From NCBI RefSeq assembly GCF_006345805.1, contig NC_043008.1, positions 55,428,001 through 55,492,000 on the forward strand: a stretch of 64,000 nucleotides of DNA, given 5' to 3'. Each line of letters opens with the position of its first letter. Positions within the stretch are counted from its first letter, which is position 1. The DNA comes from Octopus sinensis (lineage: Eukaryota). Both the position numbers and the translations under genes were made by a program. The notes beneath the pieces were generated by a model. The model made no database searches, was not told the origin of the DNA, and saw only the letters and a list, made by a program, of their open reading frames with translations. Of this stretch, positions 37,420 through 49,665 are shown one piece after another.

Positions 37420-38129
37420 TGTGTGTGATCATTGCATTGACCATGACACAAAAAGCTGAGCAGAGAATCAACATTAAATTTTGCCAAACACTTGGCGATA
37501 CCTGCTTACAGACCTACGCAAAGTTCTCAATAAGTTTTCATTGTTCTCAACACAATCAAAGACATCTTGTGGAACTGAAACCCGGGTGTCTTTCTGGTCA
37601 GCCGAAAGCAGTTTTTGCACAAACTTTGCAGACATGCGTCTCATACTCAAATCTTCAGTGATAATGGACAGAACTGAACCATAACTAATCTGAACATCCT
37701 CTGATAACTCGCGGATGGTGAATCGATGATTTCCCCTCACAGCTGCACACACATCTGTGATGTTTTTCTCAGTTTTGTTGGTTGTGGGTCTTCCAGAATG
37801 TTTGTCAATATCAGCATTTTTTTAGCCATCTTGGAAATGTCTGAACTACTCGTACACATGCATGTGGCTCATACACCCCTCTCTATACATTTTCTGCAAC
37901 TTTGCATAGGCCTCTGAGCAGGTATCCTCATGACCACTTCTCTGTCACGATCAATGCAACAATTACACACTACACACCTTCCTTCCAAGCACTGTTATAA
38001 ACAGCAGAAATGAGCTAGAATGTTAAAACACAGCAGAATTCAAAGTCAATCTGTGCCAAGCGGCTTCACTTTGCATGCTTTAGCTTCGTTACTAAGGCAA
38101 CAGTCTAGATACTTATTGATCAAACCTTG
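37420..38129 (-). pseudogene. Mariner (Tc1/mariner) transposase relic with one TIR and an inverted N-terminal fragment
   Basis: Minus strand encodes DTCSEAYAKLQKMY...VYE*FRHFQDG...SGRP...RFTIRELSEDVQISYGSVLSIITEDLSMRRMSAKFVQKLLSADQK (two HTHs plus WVPxxL-type linker); TIR-like end TA-CAAGGTTTGATCAATAAGTATC at 38131; plus strand 37443-37523 encodes MTQKAEQRINIKFCQTLGDTC. Confidence 0.85.
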
Positions 38130-38149
38130 TATGTATATATATATATATA

Positions 38150-38179
38150 TATATATATACACGCACAAAAATCTTAGCG

Positions 38180-38227
<48 letters not shown>

Positions 38228-38285
38228 AATCTTAACGATTATATATATATACACACACACACACACAAAAAAAAATCTTAATGAT

Positions 38286-38321
<36 letters not shown>

Positions 38322-38370
38322 TGTATATTTATATACAGACACGCACAAATCTTAATCATTATGTATAGTA
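38150..38370 (+). repeat. Minisatellite with fixed core separated by microsatellites
   Basis: AAATCTTA..GATT core four times, spaced by (TA)n(CA)n. Confidence 0.8.
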
Positions 38371-38881
38371 TGTGTATGTATGTATTAGAGAGACAGACAG
38401 ATATTTCAGATTACTTTAAAAACCAGAAGAAGAAAAAACAAACATTTGACTTGAAATTTTTTTTTTTTCTTGAGAAGGCAGAAAAACCATTCCCTTCTAT
38501 AAGAACTTGATTGTATCAACTCCAAGATTTTGCTTCCAGCACTTATTAGACCCCTTCTGAAAAAGTAATTATGGTCATCTTAGTACATCTGAAGCTGATA
38601 TCATGTGAAGTTGGGGCGGTTCAAGGAAGTAGAAGCACAGTTTTGCAAATACAGTGAACAGTTATCAATTCACAAGGAGGAACGTAACCTTGTTGCGTTA
38701 CAATGTGGAGTGCAAAGATTCAAACCAGGAACTTTGGAATCTCACTCAACTTGATTGTTTTACCAAATAATGCTGACTTTTTTCACTTCAAAATTTGTGA
38801 TCTTTTACTGGTGATAGTTGTTGGTAATTAAGAAACCGATTGTGAAAGGAAAAGAAAAATAATATGAATGGAAATGAATAA

Positions 38882-39280
38882 TCTTTATATATAAAAGTAA
38901 GGTTGTGTGTGTGTCTATCTACTCCGATTTAGATTCCTAACTACTCCCACATTTTGCGGTGCAGTTTAACCAAAACCGGGTATCTTATAGTTGTGATTCA
39001 TATCGAGCCCTTCTGGGTATTAGCGCATGTCTACAATGAGTCTACGATTTTAAAAATAATTTACCATCATTTTTTTTTCCATTTTAATGCATATTTTTTT
39101 AATATAAGGGAAGTAACTCTCTAAAAATGTCTACGATGAGTCAACGATTTTTAAAAAAATTTACGATCATATTTTTTCCATTTTAATGCATTTTTTTGCT
39201 ATTTTTTGGCTATAACTCTCTAAAAATGCTTTATAGTTATTTCCCTTACAAACCTGAGCAACGCCGGGCAATACTGCTAG
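38882..39280 (+). mobile_element. Non-autonomous Helitron
   Basis: Inserted between A and T; 5' TC (TCTTTATATATAAAAG); subterminal hairpin CCTGAGCAACGCCGGG; 3' CTAG; no TSD; internal ~100-bp duplication. Confidence 0.85.
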
Positions 39281-39720
39281 TATAGCATATAAATATAGAT
39301 GCAGGTGTAGCTGTGTGGTAAGAAGGTGGCGAGCTGGCAGAAATGTTAGCATGCTTAGTGGTATTTCATCTGCCATTACGTTCTGAGTTCAAATTCCACC
39401 GAGGTCCAGAAGAGAGAGAGAAAGAGTTATATTTATTAGTAGTTGTGCCCTATATGTCTTGTATATCTGACCATGATATCCTGTTAATTTGCTCTAATTG
39501 ATGAGTTAATTGGAATCTCCAGTGCATGACAAAATCTTCAACTTTACTAACTGGATCAGAGTGAACTATATAACATTTAGTGTGAAAGCACATGTGTGTG
39601 TGTGTGTGTGTGTATGACTGCATAAGAGTATACATCATTGCGTGAGAAAACATGCATCACTGCATGTGATAGAATGTGAGTGTATGGGAATGCACACTTT
39701 CGTGTGAGAGAACATCGTTA

Positions 39721-40446
39721 TGTTTGTTTGTTCCTTCTTGAGCCATCCCTAGCTCATAGGGCCGGTTTCTCGGTTTCCTTGGCGTACAGATTCCCCACCT
39801 GGACGGGACACCAGTCCATCATAAGTGAGCCGCAAGATGCAGGAGGAAAGACTGAGAGAAATTTGTGGCGAAAGAGTCATCAGAAGTTTGCCATTACCTT
39901 CTGCCGGAGCTGTGTGGAGCTTAGGTGTTTTGGCTCATAAACACACACATCACCCAGTCTGAGATTCGAACCTGCAATCCCTCATCAGAAGTTTGCCATT
40001 ACCTTCTGCCGGAGCTGCGTGGAGCTTAGGTGTTTTGGCTCATAAACACACACATCGCCCAGTCTGAGATTCGAACCTGCAATCCCTCATCAGAAGTTTG
40101 CCATTACCTTCTGCCGGAGCTGCGTGGAGCTTAGGTGTTTTGGCTCATAAACACACACATCGCCCAGTCTGAGATTCGAACCTGCAATCCCTCATCAGAA
40201 GTTTGCCATTACCTTCTGCCGGAGCTGCGTGGAGCTTAGGTGTTTTGGCTCATAAACACACACATCACCCAGTCTGAGATTCGAACCTGCAATCCCTCAT
40301 CAGAAGTTTGCCATTACCTTCTGCCGGAGCTGCGTGGAGCTTAGGTGTTTTCGTTCATAAACACACACATCGCCCAGTCTGAGATTCGAACCTGCAATCC
40401 CTCGACCGCGAGTCCACTGCTCTAACCACTAGGCCATGTGCCTCCA
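39721..40446 (-). mobile_element. Family C SINE with five tandem copies of a 105-bp internal segment
   Basis: Units start at 39877, 39982, 40087, 40192 and 40297; intact head and tail outside the array. Confidence 0.95.
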
Positions 40447-41382
40447 GAGTGCTTGCTTGTATGAAAGCATGTGGTCATGCATGAGAGTATGTGCTCATGC
40501 ATAAGAGTGCAGAGTCATGCATGAGAGTGCATGGTCAGTGTGTCAAGCTACATGGTTGTATAAGAAAGTGTACGTTCACATGAAATAAATCAGTATAAAT
40601 TTTAGCCCAGTCAAAATGCATAAATCTGTTGGTGTATTTCTACGCATTCACGTATCAACGCATTTGTGCGTGTGCAGAATTTAGACAAAGCATCAGGATG
40701 CCATTTCATCAACAAACATTCCATAAATAGTCCAGTAAACAAACAAACAAATATGTAACATTCTACAAAATATCGCTGATTTTGTTTTAGTCAGTCAGTC
40801 AGAATGTATGAACAGTTGGTGATATTTAGAAAAAAATTGGAATACCACAAGCAAAATGCAGAACTCTCTGGAATAACCTCACTGACAAATATGAGCTTTC
40901 TGGTATTTTAGTTACAACGATTTTCCTACTCATGGCATACATGATATATGTAAATACATCCATAAACTCTAAGCTATGGGATGGGGGAAGCCATAAACTA
41001 AACTACTTGGCACAATCAGATGCTTTGGTAGATTACGGTAAAAATCTAAAAAAAAAAAAAAATTAAAAAATTAAAAAAAAGCAAGTGAATATAAGCAAGA
41101 AACTCCCTGAAAATTAATACAAAAATATCTGGGAAGATAATAAGTTAATGTCTGAAAATATTTACATACCTAAACGCAATTAAATTCCTGAAGTAATTCT
41201 ACCTTTATTATTATGTAGGACTTATCTACGGGCTAAATGTCTAAAATTAAATACATGCATCTCTTAACCATTCTCACGTCAGAATGATTTTCTTTGAAAT
41301 CCATTTGGAGAGTTATTCAGTAAATACTAGTTATGTATGGAGCCTGATTCAATCAATTATATTCAACCCCTACATATTTGTA

Positions 41383-41680
41383 GGGAGGCGCAGTGGCCCA
41401 GTGGTTAGGGCAGCAGACTCGCAGTCGAAGGATCATGGTTTCGATTCCCAGACCGGGCATTATGTGTGTTTATTGAGCAAAAACACCTAAAAGCTCCACG
41501 AGGCTCTAGCAGGGGTTGATGGTGACCCCTGTTGTACTCTTTTTGCCACAACTTTCTCTCACTCTCTCTTCCTGTTTCTTGAGTAACGCTGCGATGGATT
41601 GGCATCCTATCCAGCTGGGGGGGAACACATACGCCACAGAAACCGGGCCCATGAGCCTGGCTAGGCTTGAAAAGGGTGAA
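41383..41680 (+). mobile_element. Family C2 SINE
   Basis: GGAGGCGCAGTGGCCCAGTGG head, GTTTCGATTCC B box, CTGCGATGGATTGGCATCC motif. Confidence 0.85.
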
Positions 41681-41724
41681 AAAAAAAACATATTTATAGC
41701 CGTTATCAAAGCTGACACTCTTTA

Positions 41725-41950
41725 TAATGGCAAGCTGGCAGAATCATTAGCATACTGGACAAAATGTTTAGCAGCATTTTGTCCATCATTACATTCCTGA
41801 ATTCAAATTCCACCAAGGTCAACTTTGCTATTTATCTTTTTGGGGTCGATAAAAGAAGTACCAGTTGAGCACTGGGATTGACATAATTAGCTTATGCCCT
41901 TCCCCAAAATTACTGGCCTTGTGCCAAAATTTGAAACCATTATTATAATT
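41725..41950 (+). mobile_element. Family B2 SINE
   Basis: Head, core and (ATT)n tail. Confidence 0.8.
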
Positions 41951-42084
41951 AACAGGGGGACGGTGTAACAAAAATGGTAAAGAATGGAGCTAAATGCTCA
42001 GCACTAATTAGTTATGTCCACCTACATTTATGTTCCAGTCCTGCTTCAGCTTAATCCTTCCAGAGTCAATAAAATGAAATATCA

Positions 42085-42312
42085 ATTTCTTTACTACCAA
42101 CAAGGGGCTAAACATAGAGGGGACAAACAAGGACAGACAAATGGATTAAGTTGATTACATCGACCCCAGTGCGTAACTGGTAATTAATTTATCAACCACG
42201 AAAGGATGAAAGGCAAAGTCGACCTCGGCGGAATTTGAACTCACAATGTAACGGCAGACGAAATACCGCTAAGCATTTCGCCCGGCATGTTAACGTTTCT
42301 GCCAGCTCGCCA
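42085..42312 (-). mobile_element. Family B SINE monomer
   Basis: Full reverse copy. Confidence 0.9.
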
Positions 42313-42414
42313 TCATAAAATACCAGTTAGGTATTGAAGGATTATTAAATCAACCACAACTAAAAAGTCTGCCTCTGTGTAACAGTTCGAAACCATTATA
42401 ATTAACTTCATTAC

Positions 42415-42790
42415 GTGGCTGTGCGGTAAGAAGCTTGTTTCCAAACCACCTGGTTTTGGGTTCAGTCCCACTGTGTGACACCTTGGGCATGTATAGCCTT
42501 GGGCCAACTAATGCCTTGTGAGTGAATTTGGTAGATGGAAACTGAAAGAAGCCTGTTGTATATACATGCATATATCTTCATGCATTTGTCTGTGTTTATA
42601 CTTGTCTCCACCATCATTACTTGACAACTGGTGTTAGTTTGTTTATGTCCCAGTAATTTAAAGTTTCAGCAACATAAGGACTAGACTTAAAAATAAATAC
42701 TGGGGTTGATTTATTCGATTAAACCCTTCAATGTGATGCCAGACCATGGCCTCAAGCCAATGACAAACATGTGAAAGAAAGATAAAAGAA
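42415..42790 (+). mobile_element. Family A SINE, diverged
   Basis: Head, core and 3' half recognisable. Confidence 0.8.
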
Positions 42791-43359
42791 AAAAATTTTT
42801 CTTTCTTTAAAATGCTAAATAGGTAAAGACTGAAGAAACTGGATAAAATGCCTGGTGGTGTTTGCTCCAGCTGACTGCACTTTCAGTTCAAATCCTGCCA
42901 AAATCTATGTCATCATTTATCCTTTCAAAATTGATGAATAAAGTAATAATCCAGGGCAGTGGATTGATAGAATTGTTTGATCATCAGGTGAAAGAGAGGT
43001 TTTGCAGTACCTATTGTGGATTTGGGCAATCTGCATTTAACTTCTCTACCTAACTGAAATTCCATTAATAGCAAAGTTATTAATGTGGAGCAGTGGCATC
43101 AAGTCCCATGTAAAAAAAAATATATAATAATAATAGACAGTATGTGAAATGCCAATGAACTCATAATACTAATACAACATTAAATCATAAGAATTCAGAC
43201 AACCACAAAGTGAAGCTGGATTTCCATACTTCCTGTCTAAACTATATTATACTAAAAAATGTTCCTAAAAAGCAAGTTACCATCTCTATCCTGTTGACTG
43301 CCACACACACTCTCTCTCTCTCTCTCTCTCTCTCCTTCTCTTGCACTTCTCTCAGGTTG

Positions 43360-43880
43360 GGTAACCATATATCTCCTTTGTGGCAGCACACCTGTTTCTG
43401 TCCTCATTCCTGATCTCTCTCTCTCTCCCTCTGCCTTCTCTCTCACTCTCTCTCTGGCCTGGTAACCTTGTACCTCCTCTACAGCAAGACACCTGTCTCT
43501 GTCTCACTATAACTTTTCATCATCTGACACAAGACCACCTCCTCCAATGCCCCCTCCCCTCTCAAAAGATTTTTGTCTTGCAAGTTACTTGGTGACCCTT
43601 TCAGTGCAGGTGCCAGTCCATACTGTAAAGTGGTTAGCATTCGGAAGAGCATCCAGCTGTAAAAACCTTGCCAAAACTGACCTCACTTGTACTTGTGCCA
43701 AGTAGAAAACACTCAGTCCACTCTGTTGAGTGGTTGGTGTTTGGGAGGTCACCCAGCTGTAAAAATCCTGCCAAAACAGTCACAGAAGTCTTGTGCAGGC
43801 TTCTACCTGTCCATCTGTCAAACTGTCCAACCCATTCTAGCATGGAAGGCAGAAGTTGAACGATGTTGATGATGATGATT
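43360..43880 (+). mobile_element. Family E LINE 3' UTR
   Basis: TTGCAAGTTACTTGGT shared with about 6617; duplicated GGTT...CA.CCAGCTGTAAAA motif; GATGATGAT tail. Confidence 0.7.
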
Positions 43881-44349
43881 AACTAATAATCTTGGGGCCT
43901 TGATACATTATTACCATTTTTATCTTAGTCACATTTTAGATCTCTAACACTATTCGTATGTCTAAGTTGAACTATTGTTAATAAGATTATGAATTATCAG
44001 AGGACAAGGGTGCCGTTAACCTCATGTTTTACAATTATGATGAGTAGTTTTTAAATAATTACATTTACGTTACCTTTTGATCAGTTTGATCTTCAATTTC
44101 CATCAGATGTCTTGATGACAATCAGATATTAAACTGAATGAAGTGTAATACAGATACAAATCTTAAAAACAAAGGCTTCATCTTCAGAGAAAAAAATGAT
44201 TTTTTTAAAACGGTTTAAATGTCATATAATTTAGAATTTTATTTCTAATTTTCTTTGTTACACACAAAGTAGACTTTTGGACTTCGTTCCATTCTAATTT
44301 CAGTTCTTGCTAATGTTACTAAATTATTTGTCCATCCAGTTAAGTCCTA

Positions 44350-44580
44350 TCTTAAATGATCCTACCATTATTAGTATTCCATTTATCTTCTCCATGAACC
44401 CCAGAATTATAATAGTGATCTCAGATTCAAGGTCCTGATATTTCTCAAATGTTTTTCTCTTGTGTTCTTTGAATGCAATGTTGTTATCCCCAGATATTGC
44501 AATATCAGTAATTTTACAGAACCTTACCTCTGTGACACCACAACATCTGGTCTTATGAAAAAAATCCCAAGAATCTGGGA
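44350..44580 (-). pseudogene. Restriction-like endonuclease (RLE) relic of an R4/Dong/NeSL-type non-LTR element
   Basis: Minus strand translates RPDVVV...CKITDIAISGDNNIAFKEHKRKTFEKYQDLESEI (44417-44518 in frame), matching the RPD..D...EK..KY.DL signature. Confidence 0.8.
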
Positions 44581-44894
44581 TGTCTTCCGGTACAATTACA
44601 CTAGTGTTAGGAATTATACTGAGATATTCCTTCCTAACGTATTGCTATAATTCCAAGAACCCTACAAATAGAATAATGTAGTGGCTTAAGTGGTAGCAAG
44701 CTAAGCCATATTTAAGTTCACTCCTTTATATTCAAGTTCAAATCTTGCCAGAGATAATACTGACTTTTATCTCTTTAAAAACAATAAAACCCTCAAAAGC
44801 AAGGGCTGGAGTTGATTCTTTCAACTATACTCTTCTCTCCTACTAATTTCTAATTATACGATGATGATAATTATTATTATTATTTTTTTTTTTC

Positions 44895-45118
44895 CAGGTG
44901 ATGATCTGGCAGAATTACTAGCATGCAGGACAAAATGCTTTGCAGCGTTTCTTCCAGCTCTTTATGTTTTGAATTCATATTCTACCAAGGTCAGCTTTGT
45001 CTTTCACCTTCTCAGAGTCAATAAAATAAAGTTCCAGTCAAGTACTAGAAGTAATAAATTGTTCCTCTGCCCTTAAAATTACTAGCCTTGTGCCAAATTC
45101 GAAAGAATTATTATTATT
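44895..45118 (+). mobile_element. Family B2 SINE
   Basis: Head, core and ATTATTATT tail. Confidence 0.7.
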
Positions 45119-45335
45119 TTCCTTCTTTCTTCAAATTTTCTTCCGTTTCTAGCCGAGTGTTTTCCGTACACCTAGGACAGAGAAGCTCATTGCATGCATT
45201 CCTAGATTACACACGCAGATTCACAGGTAAAATATGTATTAAAATAAATAAATAAATAAATAAATTCATGAATGGATGTTGTTTTCACAGCGATAATGCT
45301 CTTCTCAGTACGAGTCGTTCCAGTTAACACGATTT
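45110..45335 (-). mobile_element. 5'-truncated R4/Dong-clade element: ORF end plus 3' UTR, in a (TAA)n tract
   Basis: IVLTGTT/VLRRALSL* with one frameshift (stop at 45285-45287), typical of the R4/Dong C-terminus; AATAATAAT on both sides on the minus strand. Confidence 0.75.
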
Positions 45336-45565
45336 ATTATTATTATTATTATTACTATTACTCCTATTATTATTACTATTACTACTATTATTATTACTAT
45401 TACTACTATTATTATTATTACTATTATTATTATTACTATTACTATTATTATTATTATCATTACTATTACTATTATTATTATCATTATTATTACTATTATT
45501 ATTATTACTATTATTATTACTATTATTATTATTATTATTATTACTATTATTATTATTATTATCAC
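45333..45565. repeat. (TAT)n/(TAC) trinucleotide microsatellite
   Basis: Direct inspection. Confidence 0.95.
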
Positions 45566-46391
45566 CATCATAATCAAGACGATAGCAATGTAAAAAGCAT
45601 AAACTGTTTAACATTCTATAGTCCTCTTCATCTGTTTCAAGGTCAAATCATGTTAGAGATCCAATGAATAGCAGAAATGAGAGAATAATGGAGCAAACAG
45701 TCTTCAGTAAACAGTCCAGTTCTTTTTATGTCCCCCGGTTTATATCACATCAAAGTTGACTTCAGAGTAAGTGAAATAAGTACAAGCGATGCACTGCGTT
45801 GATTAGCGAGAGATTACATCTTGCCCTACAAATGCATGGCCTTGAGCCAATGCGTGAAATCATTGTTACGAAAACACTGCATGGCATCATCACTGTGTTG
45901 AATCAATAGATTCAGTTGTTTAGTCATAGAAAATATAAGGGAAAAGAAAGGGAGAAAGCAATGAAATTGGAGACAACTCTTCAATGAAGTGGGCCTACTT
46001 GCAAAGATGGCGTCACGGCAGGATATTGCAGAAAGGGTCAAGTAGTATTTTTTGAGGGGTCTCTATCTATTTATCTATCTATCTATCTCTCTTTCTACCT
46101 GTGGCCACAGAGTACCAACAGAAAGCTGATTATTTTGTGGTGAATCTGAGCATGTGTAACCTCATATGACCAACAGTTATCAAGCACTCAGAGGAAGAGG
46201 GATAAGAAAAGGAGAATGTTGAGAGAAGGGGAAACTGACGGAAGGAAAATGAGAAAGAGGAGATAGATAGAGAGGGGAAGAGGAAAGACGGAGAATTTGG
46301 AAAGAGGAAAGATGGAGAGCAGGGCAAAGAGGAATGATAGAGATGGTAATAGGAAGAACAGAGAGGGGATATATATATATATATATATATA

Positions 46392-47456
46392 TACATTTGT
46401 GTGTTTGTGTGTGTCTTTATTTGTCCCCCCATCACTGCTTGACAACTGGTGTTGATGTGTTTATGCCTCCGTAACTTAGTGGTTTGGCAAAAGAGACTGA
46501 CAGAATAAGCAATAGGTGTAAAAAAAAAAAAGAATGCTGGAGTTGATTTGTTTGACTAAAACTATTCAATGCAGAGTTCCAGCATGGGCACAGCCAAATG
46601 ACTGAAACAAGCAAAAGAATTAAATTTTGATAGGTTTTAATTTAGAGAGAACCAGAAGTAGTTTCAGGCAGGTGGGTATCAAAAGGGTTAAACCACTCCT
46701 TGGACAAATAATAACTCTTACTCTTACTTGTTTCAGTCATTTGACTGCAGCCATGCTGGAGCACCGCCTTTAGTCGGGCAAATCGACCCCGGGACTTAAT
46801 CTTTGTAAGCCCAGTACTTATTTATCGGTCTCTTTTGCCGAACCGCTAAGTGACGGGGACGTAAACACACCAGCATCAGTTGTCAAGCAATGCTAGGGGG
46901 ACAAACACAGACACACACATACATATATAATATATATATATACATTTGTGTGTTTGTGTGTGTCTTTATTTGTCCCCCCATCACTGCTTGACAACTGGTG
47001 TTGATGTGTTTATGCCTCCGTAACTTAGTGGTTTGGCAAAAGAGACTGACAGAATAAGCAATAGGTGTAAAAAAAAAAAAGAATGCTGGAGTTGATTTGT
47101 TTGACTAAACTATTCAATGCAGAGTTCCAGCATGGGCACAGCCAAATGACTGAAACAAGCAAAAATTAAATTTTGATAGGTTTTAATTTAGAGAGAACCA
47201 GAAGTAGTTTCAGGCAGGTGGGTATCAAAAGGGTTAAACCACTCCTTGGACAAATAATAACTCTACTCTTACTTGTTTCAGTCATTTGACTGCAGCCATG
47301 CTGGAGCACCGCCTTTAGTCGGGCAAATCGACCCCGGGACTTAATCTTTGTAAGCCCAGTACTTATTCTATCGGTCTCTTTTGCCGAACCGCTAAGTGAC
47401 GGGGACGTAAACACACCAGCATCAGTTGTCAAGCAATGCTAGGGGGACAAACACAG

Positions 47457-47489
<33 letters not shown>
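46392..47489. repeat. Tandem duplication, period about 549 bp
   Basis: TACATTTGTGTGTTTG at 46392 and 46941; each unit is an A 3' half (+), a MITE end and an A 3' half (-), bounded by (TA)n. Confidence 0.95.
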
Positions 47490-47499
<10 letters not shown>

Positions 47500-47818
47500 T
47501 GGCGTTAGGAAGGCATCCAGCCGTAGAAACACTGCCAGATCTGACTGGGCCTGACGAAGCCTTCCAGCTTCACAGACCCCAGTTGACCCGTCCAACCCAT
47601 GCTAGCATGGAAAGTGGACGCTAAATGATGATGATGATGATGATGATATATACGACAGGCTTCTTTCAGTTTCCGTCTACCAAATTCACTCACAAGGCAT
47701 TGGTCGGCCCGGGGCTATAGCAGAAGACACTTGCCCAAGATGCCAGGCAGTGGGACTGAACCCTGAACCATGTGGTTGGTTAGTAAGCTACTTACCACAC
47801 AGCCACTCCTGCGCCTAT
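47262..47818 (-). mobile_element. Family A SINE with a family E 3' end inserted in its microsatellite
   Basis: E fragment at 47501-47645 (+) sits inside the central (TA)n. Confidence 0.9.
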
Positions 47819-48867
47819 AAGACAGCATCATTATATGCAATTTCTTTTTTTTTTTTAGATTTTTCTTATGTGCTTTGCTATAGTTTGTGTGTACCGTTCC
47901 TTTAATCATCAGATTATCAATTCAAGTAACTGTTAATCCTTAATTACTTGCATTAAAAAAAAAAATTACACTGTTGATAAAACCTTAATCCCAAACAATT
48001 ACTGTTCAGTGCAGCGCCAATCCCAAGCAATTAACATCAAAGTTATTTTACTATATAACTCCAACATATTCATAGTAATCAGACCCTGTTAAGTGTGGAA
48101 AGGAAACAGCTGAGTGAATAGCTAGTGTATTCTACCAACATCTGTCTCCTGTGTTCAGTAGTTTACATTATTTGACTGTTCAGTGACTCACTATGAACAG
48201 CACTGTAGACAGACGTTGGCAGAAGTGTAGCTTTGATAAAGGCACTTAACTCTACATGGTCCAGTGAACTAACGGCTTATAGATGTTCAGGATAAGCTAC
48301 AACATTATGGATAAATGGGGTGATTGTTAAAGAAGGGCAGGTGACAAGGGTGTGAATTTAACCTCATGAACCAAGTTAACGTTCATCAGATAGGGGTTGG
48401 CTAACATGTAATTATATAATTCCTAATAATACTATCAAAGTATGGCAAAATCAACATGATTTTGTAGAATGTTTTTATGACAGTGGATCTGGGTGTCATT
48501 TTTCTTAAGAAACCCTGTTGTTGTGTCATGAATCATTAGAAACTTACAGTATATTTGGTTAACAATATCTCAGAGGAAAACAAACCTACATTAAGGGCTG
48601 GAGATTCCCATACCATATTTAACAACACAAATTCCATTAGTTTAAAGAACTTTAAATATTTCTTTTTTTCCTTTTTTATTAGTTTATTGCTTTTAGTTAA
48701 ATAAGGTCACCACTTTCACGAGTTTTAGTCAATTATATCAACTCAGAACTTAATTCAGTATGGCATTTATTTATTGATTTCTATATAGCATTTCCACTAA
48801 GTTATGAAATGGATAACAAGGGATATAAGTCACTTCTAGCTTATACCAATGAAGACATACAAACTAT

Positions 48868-48906
<39 letters not shown>

Positions 48907-48919
48907 CTTTCTCTTTTTC

Positions 48920-49290
48920 TTTTTTTCTTGTTTCAGTCATGCTGGAGCACCACCTTTAGTTGAGCAAATCGACCCCAGGACTTATTCTTTGGAAGCCTAG
49001 TACTTATTCTTTCGGTCTCTCTTGCTGAACCACTAAATTATGGGGACGTAAACACACCAGTGATGTTGGGGGGACAAACACAGACACACAAACATATACA
49101 CACATACATATATATACATATATACGACGGGCTTCTTTCAGTTTCCCTCTACCAAATCCACTCACAAGGCTTTGGTCGGCCCTAGGTTATAGTAGAAGAC
49201 ACTTGCCCAAGGTGCCATGCAGTGGGAATGAACCCAAAACCATGTGGTTGGTAAGCAAGCTACTTACCACACAGCCACTCCTGCGCCTAT
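48920..49290 (-). mobile_element. Family A SINE
   Basis: Reverse complement of the family A consensus. Confidence 0.9.
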
Positions 49291-49340
49291 ATATATTTAT
49301 ATATATATATATATCATAATTAGTCCATCTATCTGAAAAA

Positions 49341-49665
49341 GAAGTACACTCTAAAGTGTTAAAGCAATAATATATTTTTTTAGGAAGTAAAAAAGTTATG
49401 GCCAGTCATAGAGTGACCATTGGTTCCACACCTATAAAGCACTAACCAGTATAGGTGACTCATCAATGGCCTTTAGCCATTTGAGTCTGACAAGTGGCCA
49501 ATACTGCTAAGCACTTTATGGGTGTGAAACTAATGGTTACTCTATGACTGGCCATAACTTTTCTCTTCCTAAAAGATAAATAGACACACGTGTGCGTGCA
49601 TGCGCACATGCACACATACATGAGTGTTATTTATTGTATAACAGAAAACTTTGGAAGTATACTTC
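49341..49665. mobile_element. Foldback (palindromic) MITE-like element
   Basis: Arms about 49377-49465 and 49488-49574 are reverse complements; outer GAAGTA.ACT..AAAGT arms extend the symmetry. Confidence 0.85.

Noticed and set aside
39877-40401. CRISPR-like regular array
   Set aside because: Units are contiguous with no unique spacers, derive from a SINE, and no cas genes are present.
45272-45667. Poly-Tyr, poly-Ile and poly-Asn ORFs
   Set aside because: Read-through of a (TAT)n microsatellite.
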